Shown here: positions 37,788-46,982 of the stretch, piece by piece
How positions within the stretch are numbered: the stretch's first letter is position 1
Layout: every line of letters starts with the position of its first letter
Assembly (NCBI GenBank): GCA_963697135.1
Contig: CAVOMZ010000007.1
Span: forward strand, 209,110 to 273,109
Reading direction: 5' to 3'
DNA length: 64,000 nt
Source of the DNA: an uncultured Chloroflexia bacterium
Lineage (GTDB): Bacteria > Chloroflexota > Limnocylindria > Limnocylindrales > CSP1-4
The notes under the pieces: generated by a model
The model's database searches: none
Told to the model about the DNA's origin: nothing
What the model saw: only the letters and a program-made list of their open reading frames with translations
Program-made: the position numbers and the translations under genes

Positions 37788-39209
37788 ATGCGCCGCCACC
37801 CCTTCGCGGCCACCAACCTGATCAGCGATCCGGTTCACGGCTATATCGAGCTGACCAAGCGGCTCGATCCGGCCGACTCCAACGCGCTCGGACTGCCGGT
37901 CGAAGCCCACGCCGAGGACGACCTGCTCGACACAGCCTGGCTCCAGCGCCTCCGCCGGATCAGCCAGCTCCAGAGCGCGCGCTGGGTCTTCCCAACCGCC
38001 GAGCACAGCCGGTTCACCCACGGCCTCGGGGTGATGCACGAGGCCGGCCTGTGGGCTCGCAGCCTCTACCCGAGCCTCGCCCAGAGCCTCGCGGCGGCCG
38101 GCGAGCCGGTCCCCTCCGAGGGCCTGGTCGTCGAGACGCTCCGGATCGCCGGCCTGCTCCATGACGTCGGTCATGGTCCGTTCGCCCACTTCTTCGACGA
38201 GCACGTTCTCGGCGACTTCGAGGCGCCGCCCGATCCGCGCCGGCCGGGCCCGAAGCGGCTGACCCACGAGGATCTCGGCCAGCTGATCATCGAGCGCGAG
38301 CTGGCCGGCCTCATCCAGGACCTGCGCCGGGCACCCGGCGCGGTCCCCGAGCGGGATGCCTTCCGACCGGGCAAATCGATCGACCCGCGCTGGGTCTCGT
38401 TCCTGATCTCGAAGCCGGCCCTGGTCGATCCGGCGATGCCGCGCTGGGTGCGCTGGCTCCAGCCGCTCCTGTCGGGCGTCTTCACGGTCGACAACCTCGA
38501 CTACGTCCGGCGCGACGCCTATCTGACCGGGGTGTCGGTTGGTCCGGTCGACGTCGAGCGGCTGCGCCGCTACGCCTTCATCAGCGAGCGCGGCCTGACC
38601 CTGTACGAGTCCGGCCTGGGGGCCCTCGAGATGTTCCTGTCGGCCCGGCTGTTCATGTACGAGCAGGTCTACTTTCATCGCACTGTCCGGGCGATCGACC
38701 TCGACCTGGCCGAAGCCTTCGGCCCGTCGATCCGGGCCCTGGCCGGGACGGTCTCGCCGGCCGACGCCTTGGCCGGCTACGCCGACCTCGACGAGTACGC
38801 CCTGCTCCACCAGGCCGCCCGATGGGCGCGGGGCGAGTCGGTCGCGCTGGAACCCCGGCCGGGCGACGGTACGGTCGGGCCGGAGACGGCCGCCGCCTGG
38901 CGGGGCATCCTCCTGCGCCGGCCCACCTGGCGGGCGACCGGCGAGATCCGGGCATCGTTCGAAGGCGACGCCGTTCCCCAGGCGCTCATCGACGGCCTCG
39001 GCAGCGACGTCCCCGGCCAGGTCCGGATCGACGTCGCCCTGGTCGACGCCCGGCCGGCCGATGCGACCGCCACCGACTCGCTCCTCGCCATCGAGAGCCG
39101 GGACGGCCGACCAGCCCCGACCCTCAGCTCATCCCTCGGGCGGCTGCCGGCGTGGTCGCTGATCGCCCGTCGCTACGAGCGGGCCGGGCAGCGAGACGAG
39201 GCGAACTAG
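37788..39209 (+). CDS. HD-domain phosphohydrolase of the dGTPase/dNTP triphosphohydrolase-like family
   Basis: ...EHSRFTHGLGVMHEA... and LLHDVGHGPFAHFFDEH (HD motif). 473 aa. Confidence 0.75.
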   Translation: MRRHPFAATNLISDPVHGYIELTKRLDPADSNALGLPVEAHAEDDLLDTAWLQRLRRISQLQSARWVFPTAEHSRFTHGLGVMHEAGLWARSLYPSLAQSLAAAGEPVPSEGLVVETLRIAGLLHDVGHGPFAHFFDEHVLGDFEAPPDPRRPGPKRLTHEDLGQLIIERELAGLIQDLRRAPGAVPERDAFRPGKSIDPRWVSFLISKPALVDPAMPRWVRWLQPLLSGVFTVDNLDYVRRDAYLTGVSVGPVDVERLRRYAFISERGLTLYESGLGALEMFLSARLFMYEQVYFHRTVRAIDLDLAEAFGPSIRALAGTVSPADALAGYADLDEYALLHQAARWARGESVALEPRPGDGTVGPETAAAWRGILLRRPTWRATGEIRASFEGDAVPQALIDGLGSDVPGQVRIDVALVDARPADATATDSLLAIESRDGRPAPTLSSSLGRLPAWSLIARRYERAGQRDEAN

Positions 39210-40171
39210 GGCCCTGAGGGACTCGGCTGCGGACTGGCCGACGGGCCGGGGACCGGCGCCGCGCTCGGGCCCGGTGCGCCCGTGCCGGGCGCCGGTCGAG
39301 GCGGCAGGACGAGGAGCGGGTTGATCCGGGCAATCTCCCAGGCCGGCAGGAGCGTCCGCTTCACGACGTCGGCGCGCAGGCCGAAGCGATCCGTCGCATA
39401 CGGGCTGAACAGGCCGTAGTGGAGGTGGCAGCCGGTCGCGTAGCCCGTCCGGCCCTCCCAGCCGATGAACTGGCCGGCCCGGATCGTCTGGCCGACCGTG
39501 ACCGCGATCTTGCTGAAGTGGGCGTAGATGCTCCGATAGCCGTTGCCGTCGTCGATCACGATCACGATCGGCAGCTCGCCCCACAGGTTGTACTTGTCGC
39601 GCCGGGCGACGGATGGGGCGAGCGAGCCGATCCAGCCCATCCACGGATCGACCTTGCGTCCGGCCGCCAGGACGGTCCCGTCATGGGCGGCCACGATCCG
39701 ATCGCCGCAGAACGTGGCGATATCCAGGCCGTCGTGGAAGCGCACGCCATCGACCGTGTTGTCGCTGTACCAGTCGGGCCCGAAGGGATTCGTGATCCGG
39801 CCGTGGGGCAGCGGCCAGATATAGCCGGTCAGGGACGAGGGGTCGGGAGCCGTCGGCGGCGGCTGGCGGCCGTGGCCGGGCTCGGCCTGGATCGCGGCGA
39901 CGCTGGTCAGGGCGGGCAGGCTGGCGATCGGGGCGGGCGCGGTTGCCGGACCGGCCGAGCCAGTCCCGGCCGCCGGGCCTGCCGTGGCCGTCGCTCCGGC
40001 CACATCTCCAGCGGGAACCGCGGCGGACGAGGGGATCAGCGAGGGGGTCGCGGCGAGGGCGCCAGCCGCCAGCGCGACTCCCAGGGCGGCCCGGACGAAG
40101 TGTCGGCGCACGAGTGCCGTTATACCGGAACCGGGCCGATCATGCGACCTCGAGCGCACGCCGGAGCGCAA
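39206..40171 (-). CDS. Secreted M23-family metallopeptidase
   Basis: Signal peptide ...AALGVALAAGALAA. FHDGLDIA...HDGTV...YAHFSKI...GCHLHYGLF catalytic motifs. Confidence 0.8.
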   Translation of the reverse strand: MRSGVRSRSHDRPGSGITALVRRHFVRAALGVALAAGALAATPSLIPSSAAVPAGDVAGATATAGPAAGTGSAGPATAPAPIASLPALTSVAAIQAEPGHGRQPPPTAPDPSSLTGYIWPLPHGRITNPFGPDWYSDNTVDGVRFHDGLDIATFCGDRIVAAHDGTVLAAGRKVDPWMGWIGSLAPSVARRDKYNLWGELPIVIVIDDGNGYRSIYAHFSKIAVTVGQTIRAGQFIGWEGRTGYATGCHLHYGLFSPYATDRFGLRADVVKRTLLPAWEIARINPLLVLPPRPAPGTGAPGPSAAPVPGPSASPQPSPSGP

Positions 40172-40204
40172 CCCGACCCTGGCGCGGCCGCGGCGAGGGG
40201 TCCG

Positions 40205-41086
40205 CTAGCCCGCGAAGGTGTTGGCCAGCCGGCCGCGCACGCCGGGCCGATAGCGGAACAGGGCGCCGGCCTCGGGCTGGGCCGCCCGTTCGCGATCGTC
40301 CAGCTCTTCGTTCGCCGAGGTGATGTACAGCTCGTCGAGGTTCGCTCCGCCAAAGGCGACGCTGGTCACGAGGGCCGTCGGCAGGCGGATTTCCCGCTCG
40401 AAGCGGCCCTCGGGCGAGTAGCGCCGGACCGCCCAGCCGCGCCACAGGGCGAGCCAGATATGGCCCTCGGCGTCGACCGTCAGGCCGTCCGGGTTGCCAT
40501 CGGCGGGATCGATCGTGACCAGTGGCCGGCGGGTTCCCAGCGAGCCGTCGGCCGGGTCGAACTCGAACGCGTCGATCCGCTGGATCGGCGTATCGACGTA
40601 GTACATCGTCCGTCCGTCCAGGCTCCAGTCGAGCCCGTTCGAGATCGTCACGGTCGGGACCTTGACGCCGACCGTGCCATCCGGCCCAAGGCAGTAGAGG
40701 GCACCGCCGCCGGTCGCCTTGTCATAGCGCATCGTGCCCGCCCAGAACCGGCCGCTCGGGTCGCATTTTCCGTCGTTCATCCGCCGCTCGGGATCGTCGG
40801 CGCCGATCGGGGCGATGAGCCGGGTGGCTGCCTGGCCCGGGTCGAGCAGCCGGAAGCCGTCATCGGTGGCCAGGACGAGGCCGCCCCCGGCCCGCACGGC
40901 AACGGCGCCGACATGGCGCCCGACATCGAGGGTCGTGGTCAGGCCGGTCGAGGGGCTGTAACGACGGACCAGGCCGGACATGATGTCGACCCAGATCAGG
41001 GTCCCGCTCGGGCCGTCCCAGATCGGGCCCTCGCCGATCCGGTCGATCGTCGGGCCGATTTGCTCGAGGCCGGACTCGGCTGTCAC
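40205..41086 (-). CDS. SMP-30/gluconolactonase/LRE-family beta-propeller protein
   Basis: GEGPIWDGPSGTLIWVDI..., ...GRFWAGTM..., ...SNGLDWSLDGRTMYYVDT..., ...PDGLTVDAEGHIWLALW.... GTG start at 41086 chosen. Confidence 0.7.
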   Translation of the reverse strand: MTAESGLEQIGPTIDRIGEGPIWDGPSGTLIWVDIMSGLVRRYSPSTGLTTTLDVGRHVGAVAVRAGGGLVLATDDGFRLLDPGQAATRLIAPIGADDPERRMNDGKCDPSGRFWAGTMRYDKATGGGALYCLGPDGTVGVKVPTVTISNGLDWSLDGRTMYYVDTPIQRIDAFEFDPADGSLGTRRPLVTIDPADGNPDGLTVDAEGHIWLALWRGWAVRRYSPEGRFEREIRLPTALVTSVAFGGANLDELYITSANEELDDRERAAQPEAGALFRYRPGVRGRLANTFAG

Positions 41087-41262
41087 CGCGCCAACATACC
41101 AGCCGCGAAGCGCGCTCGGTCCGGTGCTGGCGGTAGAGCCGGGATCGCGCCTTACGGTCCCCTTACATCCGGTTACCGCTCTTGCCTTGTTGTCACCCTG
41201 GGGGACGGGCAGGATCGGCTCAGTCAGCCCACCATCACGTCCGGACCAGGAGCTCAGCACCC

Positions 41263-41823
41263 ATGAACGCTCGGATCCAGCAGTTCGGGGCCCGTCGGAT
41301 CGCGACGGTCATCCTCGCCCTGGGGCTCGTCGGCGTCGTCGCCGTCCCGGTGATCAATGCCGCCTCGAGCGGTCCGGCCCCGGTCGTTCCGGGCCTCGAT
41401 TCATCGGTCGCGAGCTCGGCCGGCGGAGCCGGCGCAGGCCAGGTCGACGAGGCCACGATCAATGCGGCCCAGCTCCGCCTCGGCAGCAAGCTCCTGAGCC
41501 GGGTGGTCCGGGGCGACTTCGTCGTCCGGGCCAAGGGCGGCACGTTCGTGGACATCCACTACGAGCGCGGCCAGGTCAGCGCCGTGAATGCCACCTCGCT
41601 GACGGTCGTCGGTCCGGACGGCAAGGGCGCGACGTTCAGCCTGACCAGCGCGACCCGGATCCGGACGGACGGCGAGCTGGCCAAGGCAGGCGATCTCCAG
41701 GTTGGCCGGACGGTCCTGGTCTTCGGCACCGGCAGCTCCGGCAGCTACACCGCGATCGTCGTCCGCCAGCCCAAGGTCGGGGCGGCCGGTGGAGCGGCCC
41801 CCAACGCCTCGACCAAGCCGTAG
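41263..41823 (+). CDS. Secreted hypothetical protein
   Basis: Signal peptide RRIATVILALGLVGVVAVPVINAASS, then a beta-rich domain of about 150 aa. No motif recognised. Confidence 0.45.
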   Translation: MNARIQQFGARRIATVILALGLVGVVAVPVINAASSGPAPVVPGLDSSVASSAGGAGAGQVDEATINAAQLRLGSKLLSRVVRGDFVVRAKGGTFVDIHYERGQVSAVNATSLTVVGPDGKGATFSLTSATRIRTDGELAKAGDLQVGRTVLVFGTGSSGSYTAIVVRQPKVGAAGGAAPNASTKP

Positions 41824-41923
41824 TCCGGCGGCGTCGAGCGGGCTGATTTAAAGAGCAGGACCCGGGTCTCGGGTCCTGCTCCCTGGTCGTTCGGCTCAGT
41901 GGGCGCGAGCCGACCGGTCTGGC

Positions 41924-42463
41924 TCAGTAGCCAGGCTTGCCCGAGGCGCTGGGGGCCGGGATCGGGCCGGACGTGCCGGCCACGAGGAAGCCATTGACGC
42001 CTTCGCCGGTCGTATCGGTCGGCGCACTGTCGCCCTTCCAGTAGTACAGGGGCAGGCCCATGTAGGTGACCTGGACGGTCCCGTCGGCTCGCGTGAGCGT
42101 CCCGAAGGCGCCGGTCACGCCCGACCCGCCGCTGGCAGCTCCGCCGGTCGCCACGAGCAACGGGGGCCAGGCCACGGCGCAAGCGCCCGTGCAGGTCGAC
42201 GACGTCGACGTGTCACCGGTCTTGGTGTACAGGGCCAGTCCCTTCGGGCCGACGAGGTAGGTCCCGAGGGTGGGCGACGTGCCGGACGTGACGACAATCG
42301 CCATGTCACCGCCGGCGGCGGCCGCGGAACCGGCCGGAGCGACGCTGGCCGGAGCGACGCTGGCCGGCGCGGTGGCAGGAGCGGTCGTTGTCCCGCTGCT
42401 CGTACACGCAGCGGCCAGCCCGGCGACGAGCACGATTGCGGCGATCGGTCGGAGAACTGACAT
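41924..42463 (-). CDS. Lipoprotein with tandem secreted-repeat modules
   Basis: Lipobox LVAGLAAAC. Repeated ...[17 protein letters not shown]... / ...[10 protein letters not shown]... modules. Confidence 0.55.
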   Translation of the reverse strand: MSVLRPIAAIVLVAGLAAACTSSGTTTAPATAPASVAPASVAPAGSAAAAGGDMAIVVTSGTSPTLGTYLVGPKGLALYTKTGDTSTSSTCTGACAVAWPPLLVATGGAASGGSGVTGAFGTLTRADGTVQVTYMGLPLYYWKGDSAPTDTTGEGVNGFLVAGTSGPIPAPSASGKPGY

Positions 42464-42572
42464 CTGGGAACCTCCGTTGGTGCAAGCCCCTTCTCGACCT
42501 GCCGGGACTGATACGACATGGCCCTGCGCCCGGTTTTTGCGAGCCGGCCGGGGTCGACTATCATCCGACGGT

Positions 42573-42649
42573 CCGCCCGTAGCTCAGTGGATCAGAGCAG
42601 CTGACTTCGGATCAGCAGGTCGGGGGTTCGAATCCCTCCGGGCGGGCCA
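42573..42649 (+). tRNA. tRNA-Arg, anticodon TCG as read; CCA encoded
   Basis: CCGCCCGTAGCTCAGTGGATCAGAGCAGCTGACTTCGGATCAGCAGGTCGGGGGTTCGAATCCCTCCGGGCGGGCCA. Anticodon loop CTTCGGA. The anticodon call is less certain than the tRNA call. Confidence 0.7.
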
Positions 42650-42666
42650 GCCAGACCGGGCAATCG

Positions 42667-44064
42667 TCACCGACTTGAGCGTTCTTCACGGGGCTCTGCT
42701 GCGATGGTAACGACTGCCGTCCGAACTGGCCGGCGCCCGACGATCAGGTAGGTCTCCATCGGACCGAGTCCGCGAAGGTCGATCGGACCGCGCGGCTCCG
42801 CTTCGAACAGATCCTGCACGGTTCGCCAGGTTTCGCTGCCGACATGGACGCGGCCCGGGATACCCTGCGATTCCAGCCTGCTGGCGATGTTCACGGTTTC
42901 GCCCCAGATGTCGAAGGCAAACTTGCGGTCGCCGATCACGCCACCGATGACCGGCCCCGAGTGCAGGCCGACTCGGAGGCGAAGGTCGGCGCCTGGCTCG
43001 CTCTCCTGAGAGGCGGCGTCGATCATCGCCAGGCCGAGGTCGACGACCCGGGCTGCGTGGTCTTCGAGCGCCTCGGGCAGTCCGCCCGCGGCCATGTAGG
43101 CATCGCCGATGGTCTTGATCTTCTCGAGTCCGCCGGCGGCCACGAGCTCGTCGAAGCGGGCAAAGAGCCGGCCCAGCATCCCGACCAATTCGTCGGCCGG
43201 CAGACGTCCGGTCAACGGGGTGAACCCGACGATGTCGGCAAACAGCACCGTGACCGCCGGGTACTGATCGGCGATCGTCCGCTCGCCCGCGAGGAGGCGC
43301 GATGAGATCGACTCCGGAAGGACGTTGAGCAGCAGCGCATCGGCCCGGTCCTTCTCGAGCCTCAACGCGTCTGCCTGGTGGGTGATCACGATGTCCTGGT
43401 AGAAGACCCGGCGACGCGACTGCTCGAGCAGCCGGAGGGCCACCAGGCTCCCGATCACGGCGGCTCCAAAGATGAACGTGTCGACGAGGAGGTTGCTCCG
43501 GCCCGGATAGAGGACGGCAGCGACCACGAAGCCGACGACGATGACGGCCGTCCGCATTGCGGCAAAGATGAACGCAGTCCGGGCGACGAACCCGAAGATA
43601 AAGAGCAGCAGGATCGCGCTGATCCCATATCCCGGCAGGACGCCACCCTCGGACGCAAGCCACAGGATGACCAGCCCGTTCACGGCGGTCAGAACGGAAA
43701 TGGTCGAGTGCTGCCGATCCAGGGTGTCGGCCCTGGCCGAAAGCAGGAAGCCTGCCGAGTTGAACGCCGACATCGCGAAGCACACGGCGATTGCGAGACC
43801 TGGCGGGATCGGTGTGCTCGTCGGGATGACGACGACGGCCAACAGCCACATGACCGCCGCCGTGGCTGTCGCGATGCGGAATCCGATCTGGCTCTCCGCA
43901 CCGCCCTGGCGTTGATAGCGTTGCTCCACCCGATCGTCGAGGAACCGCAGGGTGCCTCGTCGGAGCGCCCCACCGTCGGCTTCGAGCTCGATCGACGCCG
44001 GATCGGGCGACGCGGGATCCGGAAGCGACTGAGCAGCCATCGTCGTGAGGGTAGCAACCACCAT
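42667..44064 (-). CDS. Membrane-anchored class III adenylate/guanylate cyclase
   Basis: Six TM helices, then a CHD domain: VTVLFADIVGFTPL...IKTIGDAYMAAGGLP...GLHSGPVIGGVIGDRKFAFDIWGETVNIASRLES. Confidence 0.8.
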   Translation of the reverse strand: MVVATLTTMAAQSLPDPASPDPASIELEADGGALRRGTLRFLDDRVEQRYQRQGGAESQIGFRIATATAAVMWLLAVVVIPTSTPIPPGLAIAVCFAMSAFNSAGFLLSARADTLDRQHSTISVLTAVNGLVILWLASEGGVLPGYGISAILLLFIFGFVARTAFIFAAMRTAVIVVGFVVAAVLYPGRSNLLVDTFIFGAAVIGSLVALRLLEQSRRRVFYQDIVITHQADALRLEKDRADALLLNVLPESISSRLLAGERTIADQYPAVTVLFADIVGFTPLTGRLPADELVGMLGRLFARFDELVAAGGLEKIKTIGDAYMAAGGLPEALEDHAARVVDLGLAMIDAASQESEPGADLRLRVGLHSGPVIGGVIGDRKFAFDIWGETVNIASRLESQGIPGRVHVGSETWRTVQDLFEAEPRGPIDLRGLGPMETYLIVGRRPVRTAVVTIAAEPREERSSR

Positions 44065-44226
44065 CTCGGTCCGACGGGTACTTGGTTCCTTGACCCGGCT
44101 GAGTGCGAGGCTGTCCCACCGGCCCGTGCCGAAGGAACGACGCCTGACGAAGGAACTGGAGGCCGTCATTGGGCGGGTCATGGCCCTGAGCGCTCGAAGC
44201 CTTCTGATGACCTCCCGGTACCCCGC

Positions 44227-45258
44227 ATGACGACGATCGCCAACCTGCGCGAGTTCGAGGCGCTGGCCCGGGAACGGCTCAGCCCGTCCGCCTACGCCTA
44301 CTACGCGGGCGGCTCGTGGGACGAGCAGACGATGCGTGACAACGAGGCGGCCTTCGCCCGGCGCCACCTGTTGCCGCGGGTCCTGGTCGATGTCGCGAAG
44401 GTGGAGCCGGGCACAAGCCTGCTCGGCCGGGCGGTCTCCCTGCCGGTCGGGTTCGCCCCGGCCGCCCTGCAGGGGCTGGCCCATCCGGATGCCGAGCTGG
44501 TGCCGGCCCGGGTTGCCTCCGGCTCCGGCCTGCTCTACTGCCTGTCCACGTTCGCCAACCGATCGATCGAGCAGGTTGCCTCGGCCGGCCCGGGTCCGCG
44601 CTGGTTCCAACTGTATGTCCAGAAGGATCGCGGGGCATCCGAGGCGGCCGTCGCCCGAGCGGTGGCGGCTCGCTACGACGCGATCGTCCTGACGGTCGAC
44701 TTTGCGGCTGCTGGCTATCGCGAGCGAGACCTGCGCGATCCCGTGGTGGACGAGGGCCTCCTGCCGAACGTTGGCGGTGAAGCACCGAACCGCGGCCCGT
44801 TCGGCCACCAGATCGACAGTCGCTGGACTGGACGACCTGGCCTGGCTGGGCGGCCTGAGCAACCTGCCGATCGTGATCAAGGGCATCCTCGACCCGGCCG
44901 ACGCGGTCCGGGCAGTCGAGCACGGCGCCGCGGGGATTGTCGTCTCGAACCATGGCGGCCGGCAGCTCGACCGGGCCCCGGCCAGCCTCGACGCGCTCGA
45001 GCCGGTCGTCCAGGCGGTCGCCGGGCGGGCCGAGGTCTACCTCGATGGCGGCGTCCGGCGAGGGACCGACGTGATGACCGCCCTGGCCCTCGGCGCCCAG
45101 GCGGTGTTCATTGGCCGGCCCTACCTGTACGCCCTGGCGGCCGGCGGCGAGGCCGGCCTGCTCCGCTCGTCGAGATCCTTGACGCGGAGATCCGGATCGC
45201 GATGGCGCTCCTTGGAGCCCCCACGATCGCCGGGATCACCCCCGACCGGGTCCTCTGA
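44227..45258 (+). CDS. FMN-dependent alpha-hydroxy-acid dehydrogenase/oxidase (LldD/glycolate oxidase family). Frame shifts.
   Basis: [18 protein letters not shown]...[11 protein letters not shown]..., ...[34 protein letters not shown]... (third frame), C-terminal ...[17 protein letters not shown]. Confidence 0.7.
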   Translation: MTTIANLREFEALARERLSPSAYAYYAGGSWDEQTMRDNEAAFARRHLLPRVLVDVAKVEPGTSLLGRAVSLPVGFAPAALQGLAHPDAELVPARVASGSGLLYCLSTFANRSIEQVASAGPGPRWFQLYVQKDRGASEAAVARAVAARYDAIVLTVDFAAAGYRERDLRDPVVDEGLLPNVGGEAPNRGPFGHQIDSRWTGRPGLAGRPEQPADRDQGHPRPGRRGPGSRARRRGDCRLEPWRPAARPGPGQPRRARAGRPGGRRAGRGLPRWRRPARDRRDDRPGPRRPGGVHWPALPVRPGGRRRGRPAPLVEILDAEIRIAMALLGAPTIAGITPDRVL

Positions 45259-45366
45259 CCAGCGGCGTCCCTACCGGACGCCCCCAAACCGACCACCGGC
45301 CAGGACCGTACCTACCTCTATTCGCGCCAGCGCCGTGCCAAGCGCGTGCCAACGGAGGACGCGGTC

Positions 45367-46554
45367 ATGACCCACGATCCCAATCCTCACGCGAGCGGGC
45401 CGCGACCGAGCAGCGTCTACCGGCGGCCGCTCGGCAGGCGAGCCGTCGGGGCGGTACTCAGCAGCCGGGGCCCTGGTCCTGGCCATTGCCGGACCGGCCA
45501 GCGCGGCGGCCAAGCCGGTCGCAGCCGGCGCAGCGCGATCTCCCCGGCCGGGGCGATCCCGAACGTCTATCGCCAGACGCAACCTCGTCTCGGACATCCC
45601 GGGCGTCGCCCGGATCACCGACCCGAACCTGGTCAACCCCTGGGGCATGTCGGCTGGACCCGCCACCCCGATCTGGGTCTCCGACAACGGGAGCAACGTC
45701 ACCACCCTGTACCACGGGGCGATCAGCGGCAGCGCCCTCCTCCCGGTCCCGCTCGTCGTGGGCATCCCAACCGGCGCGCCGACCGGCACGGTCTTCAATG
45801 ACGCCAAGAACTTCGACATCTCGAGCGGCAAGTTCCACGGTCCGCCGCTGTTCATCTTCGCGACCGAGACGGGCTCGATCGTGGGCTGGAATCCGGCCGT
45901 ACCGCCGCCCGCGCCGTCGGTCTGGGCGCAGCTCGGGGTGACCGTCCCGAATGCCGTCTACAAGGGCCTGGCGATCACGACCGACCCGACCGGCGACTTC
46001 CTCTACGCGGCGAACTTCCGAACCGGCACAGTCGACGTGTTCAACGGGAAGTACAAGCTGGTCCATTGGGCCAAGGCGTTCCAGGATCCGGGCATTCCGG
46101 CCGGATATGCCCCATTCAACATCCAGAACTTCAACGGCAAGCTGTACGTCACGTATGCCAAGCAGGACGCCGAGAAGCATGACGACGTCGCCGGGGCCGG
46201 CCATGGCTTCGTGGACGTCTACGACCTGCGCGGCCATCTGCTCCAGCGGCTGGCCTCCCGAGGCCATCTGAACTCGCCCTGGGGCCTGGCCTGGCACCGG
46301 CCGGCTTCGGCCATTTCGCGGGCGATCTCCTGGTCGGCAACTTCGGTGACGGCACGATCAATGCCTACAACCCGACCACGGGGCACTTCGACGGGCAGCT
46401 GAAGAACGAGGACGGCAACGTCATCGCGATCAACGGCCTGTGGGGCCTGCGCTTTGGCGATGCCGCCGCTGGCGGCCCGCTGACGCTCTTCTTCACCGCC
46501 GGGATCGGCGATGAGTCGCATGGCCTGATGGGCACGATCGAGGCCGTGCCCTGA
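45367..46554 (+). CDS. TIGR03118-family secreted beta-propeller protein. Frame shifts, including one in the signal peptide.
   Basis: ...[29 protein letters not shown]..., ...LNSPWGLA..., and a C-terminus ...[41 protein letters not shown]. Confidence 0.6.
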
Positions 46555-46559
46555 GCACC

Positions 46560-46578
46560 GGCCGGTGACGAGCCGGCC
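46560..46578 (+). terminator. GC-rich hairpin immediately after the TIGR03118 gene stop
   Basis: GGCCGG TGACGAG CCGGCC, a 6-bp perfect stem starting 6 nt after the TGA. No T-tract. Confidence 0.25.
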
Positions 46579-46592
46579 AGCCTGACCCGCCA

Positions 46593-46652
46593 AACATGGA
46601 AGCGGGGCACGCCCGCGGTGGACGTGCCCCGCTTCGTCGGTCTCGGGGACCG
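46593..46652. repeat. 60-bp hairpin-containing repeat, copy 1
   Basis: AACATGGAAGCGGGGCACGCCCGCGGTGGACGTGCCCCGCTTCGTCGGTCTCGGGGACCG. Perfect 10-bp inverted repeat GCGGGGCACG...CGTGCCCCGC. Copy 2 lies 315 bp downstream with 58/60 identity. Confidence 0.7.
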
Positions 46653-46907
46653 GCTCCGACCGGGTTGCGTCGCCCCAGGCGAACAAACGGCCGTCGCGGC
46701 GCAACGACCGTCTGGACCTTCGTTTCGTCACTTTGTCCGCCAGGAGCGAGATTGACCAATTCCGAAGCGACTCGGCGGGCTCGGCGTTGGATTCGCTCGA
46801 TCTGTTCGCCCTTGGCGACATCCCTCGGCCAGGCCCTCCTCGACGGGGCCTGCGACGAACTCTGGCTCAAGTCTTTGGCGAAGGTCAATTTGGACTCGGT
46901 TGAAGGC

Positions 46908-46967
46908 AACATGAAAGCGGGGCACGCCCTCGGTGGACGTGCCCCGCTTCGTCGGTCTCGGGGACCG
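46908..46967. repeat. 60-bp hairpin-containing repeat, copy 2; doubles as a candidate intrinsic terminator for the minus-strand VWA gene
   Basis: AACATGAAAGCGGGGCACGCCCTCGGTGGACGTGCCCCGCTTCGTCGGTCTCGGGGACCG. The hairpin (46917-46947) sits 36 nt downstream of the VWA stop on the minus strand and is followed there by TTTCATGTT. Confidence 0.6.
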
Positions 46968-46982
46968 TGAGCTGGGAGTCGA

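Noticed and set aside
42573-42649. Alternative anticodon assignment for the tRNA at 42573
   Set aside because: Only the parse with stem GCTGA/TCAGC and loop CTTCGGA gives a canonical U33 and purine-37. Other registers put C at position 33. The Arg(TCG) call is kept, though this anticodon is uncommon in bacteria.
46596-46970. ORFs 46596..46970+ and 46493..46912- spanning the interval between the hairpin repeats
   Set aside because: Their N-terminal and C-terminal ends are translations of the two repeat copies themselves (AGHARGGRAPLRRSRGP appears twice). The interior has no protein-like features.
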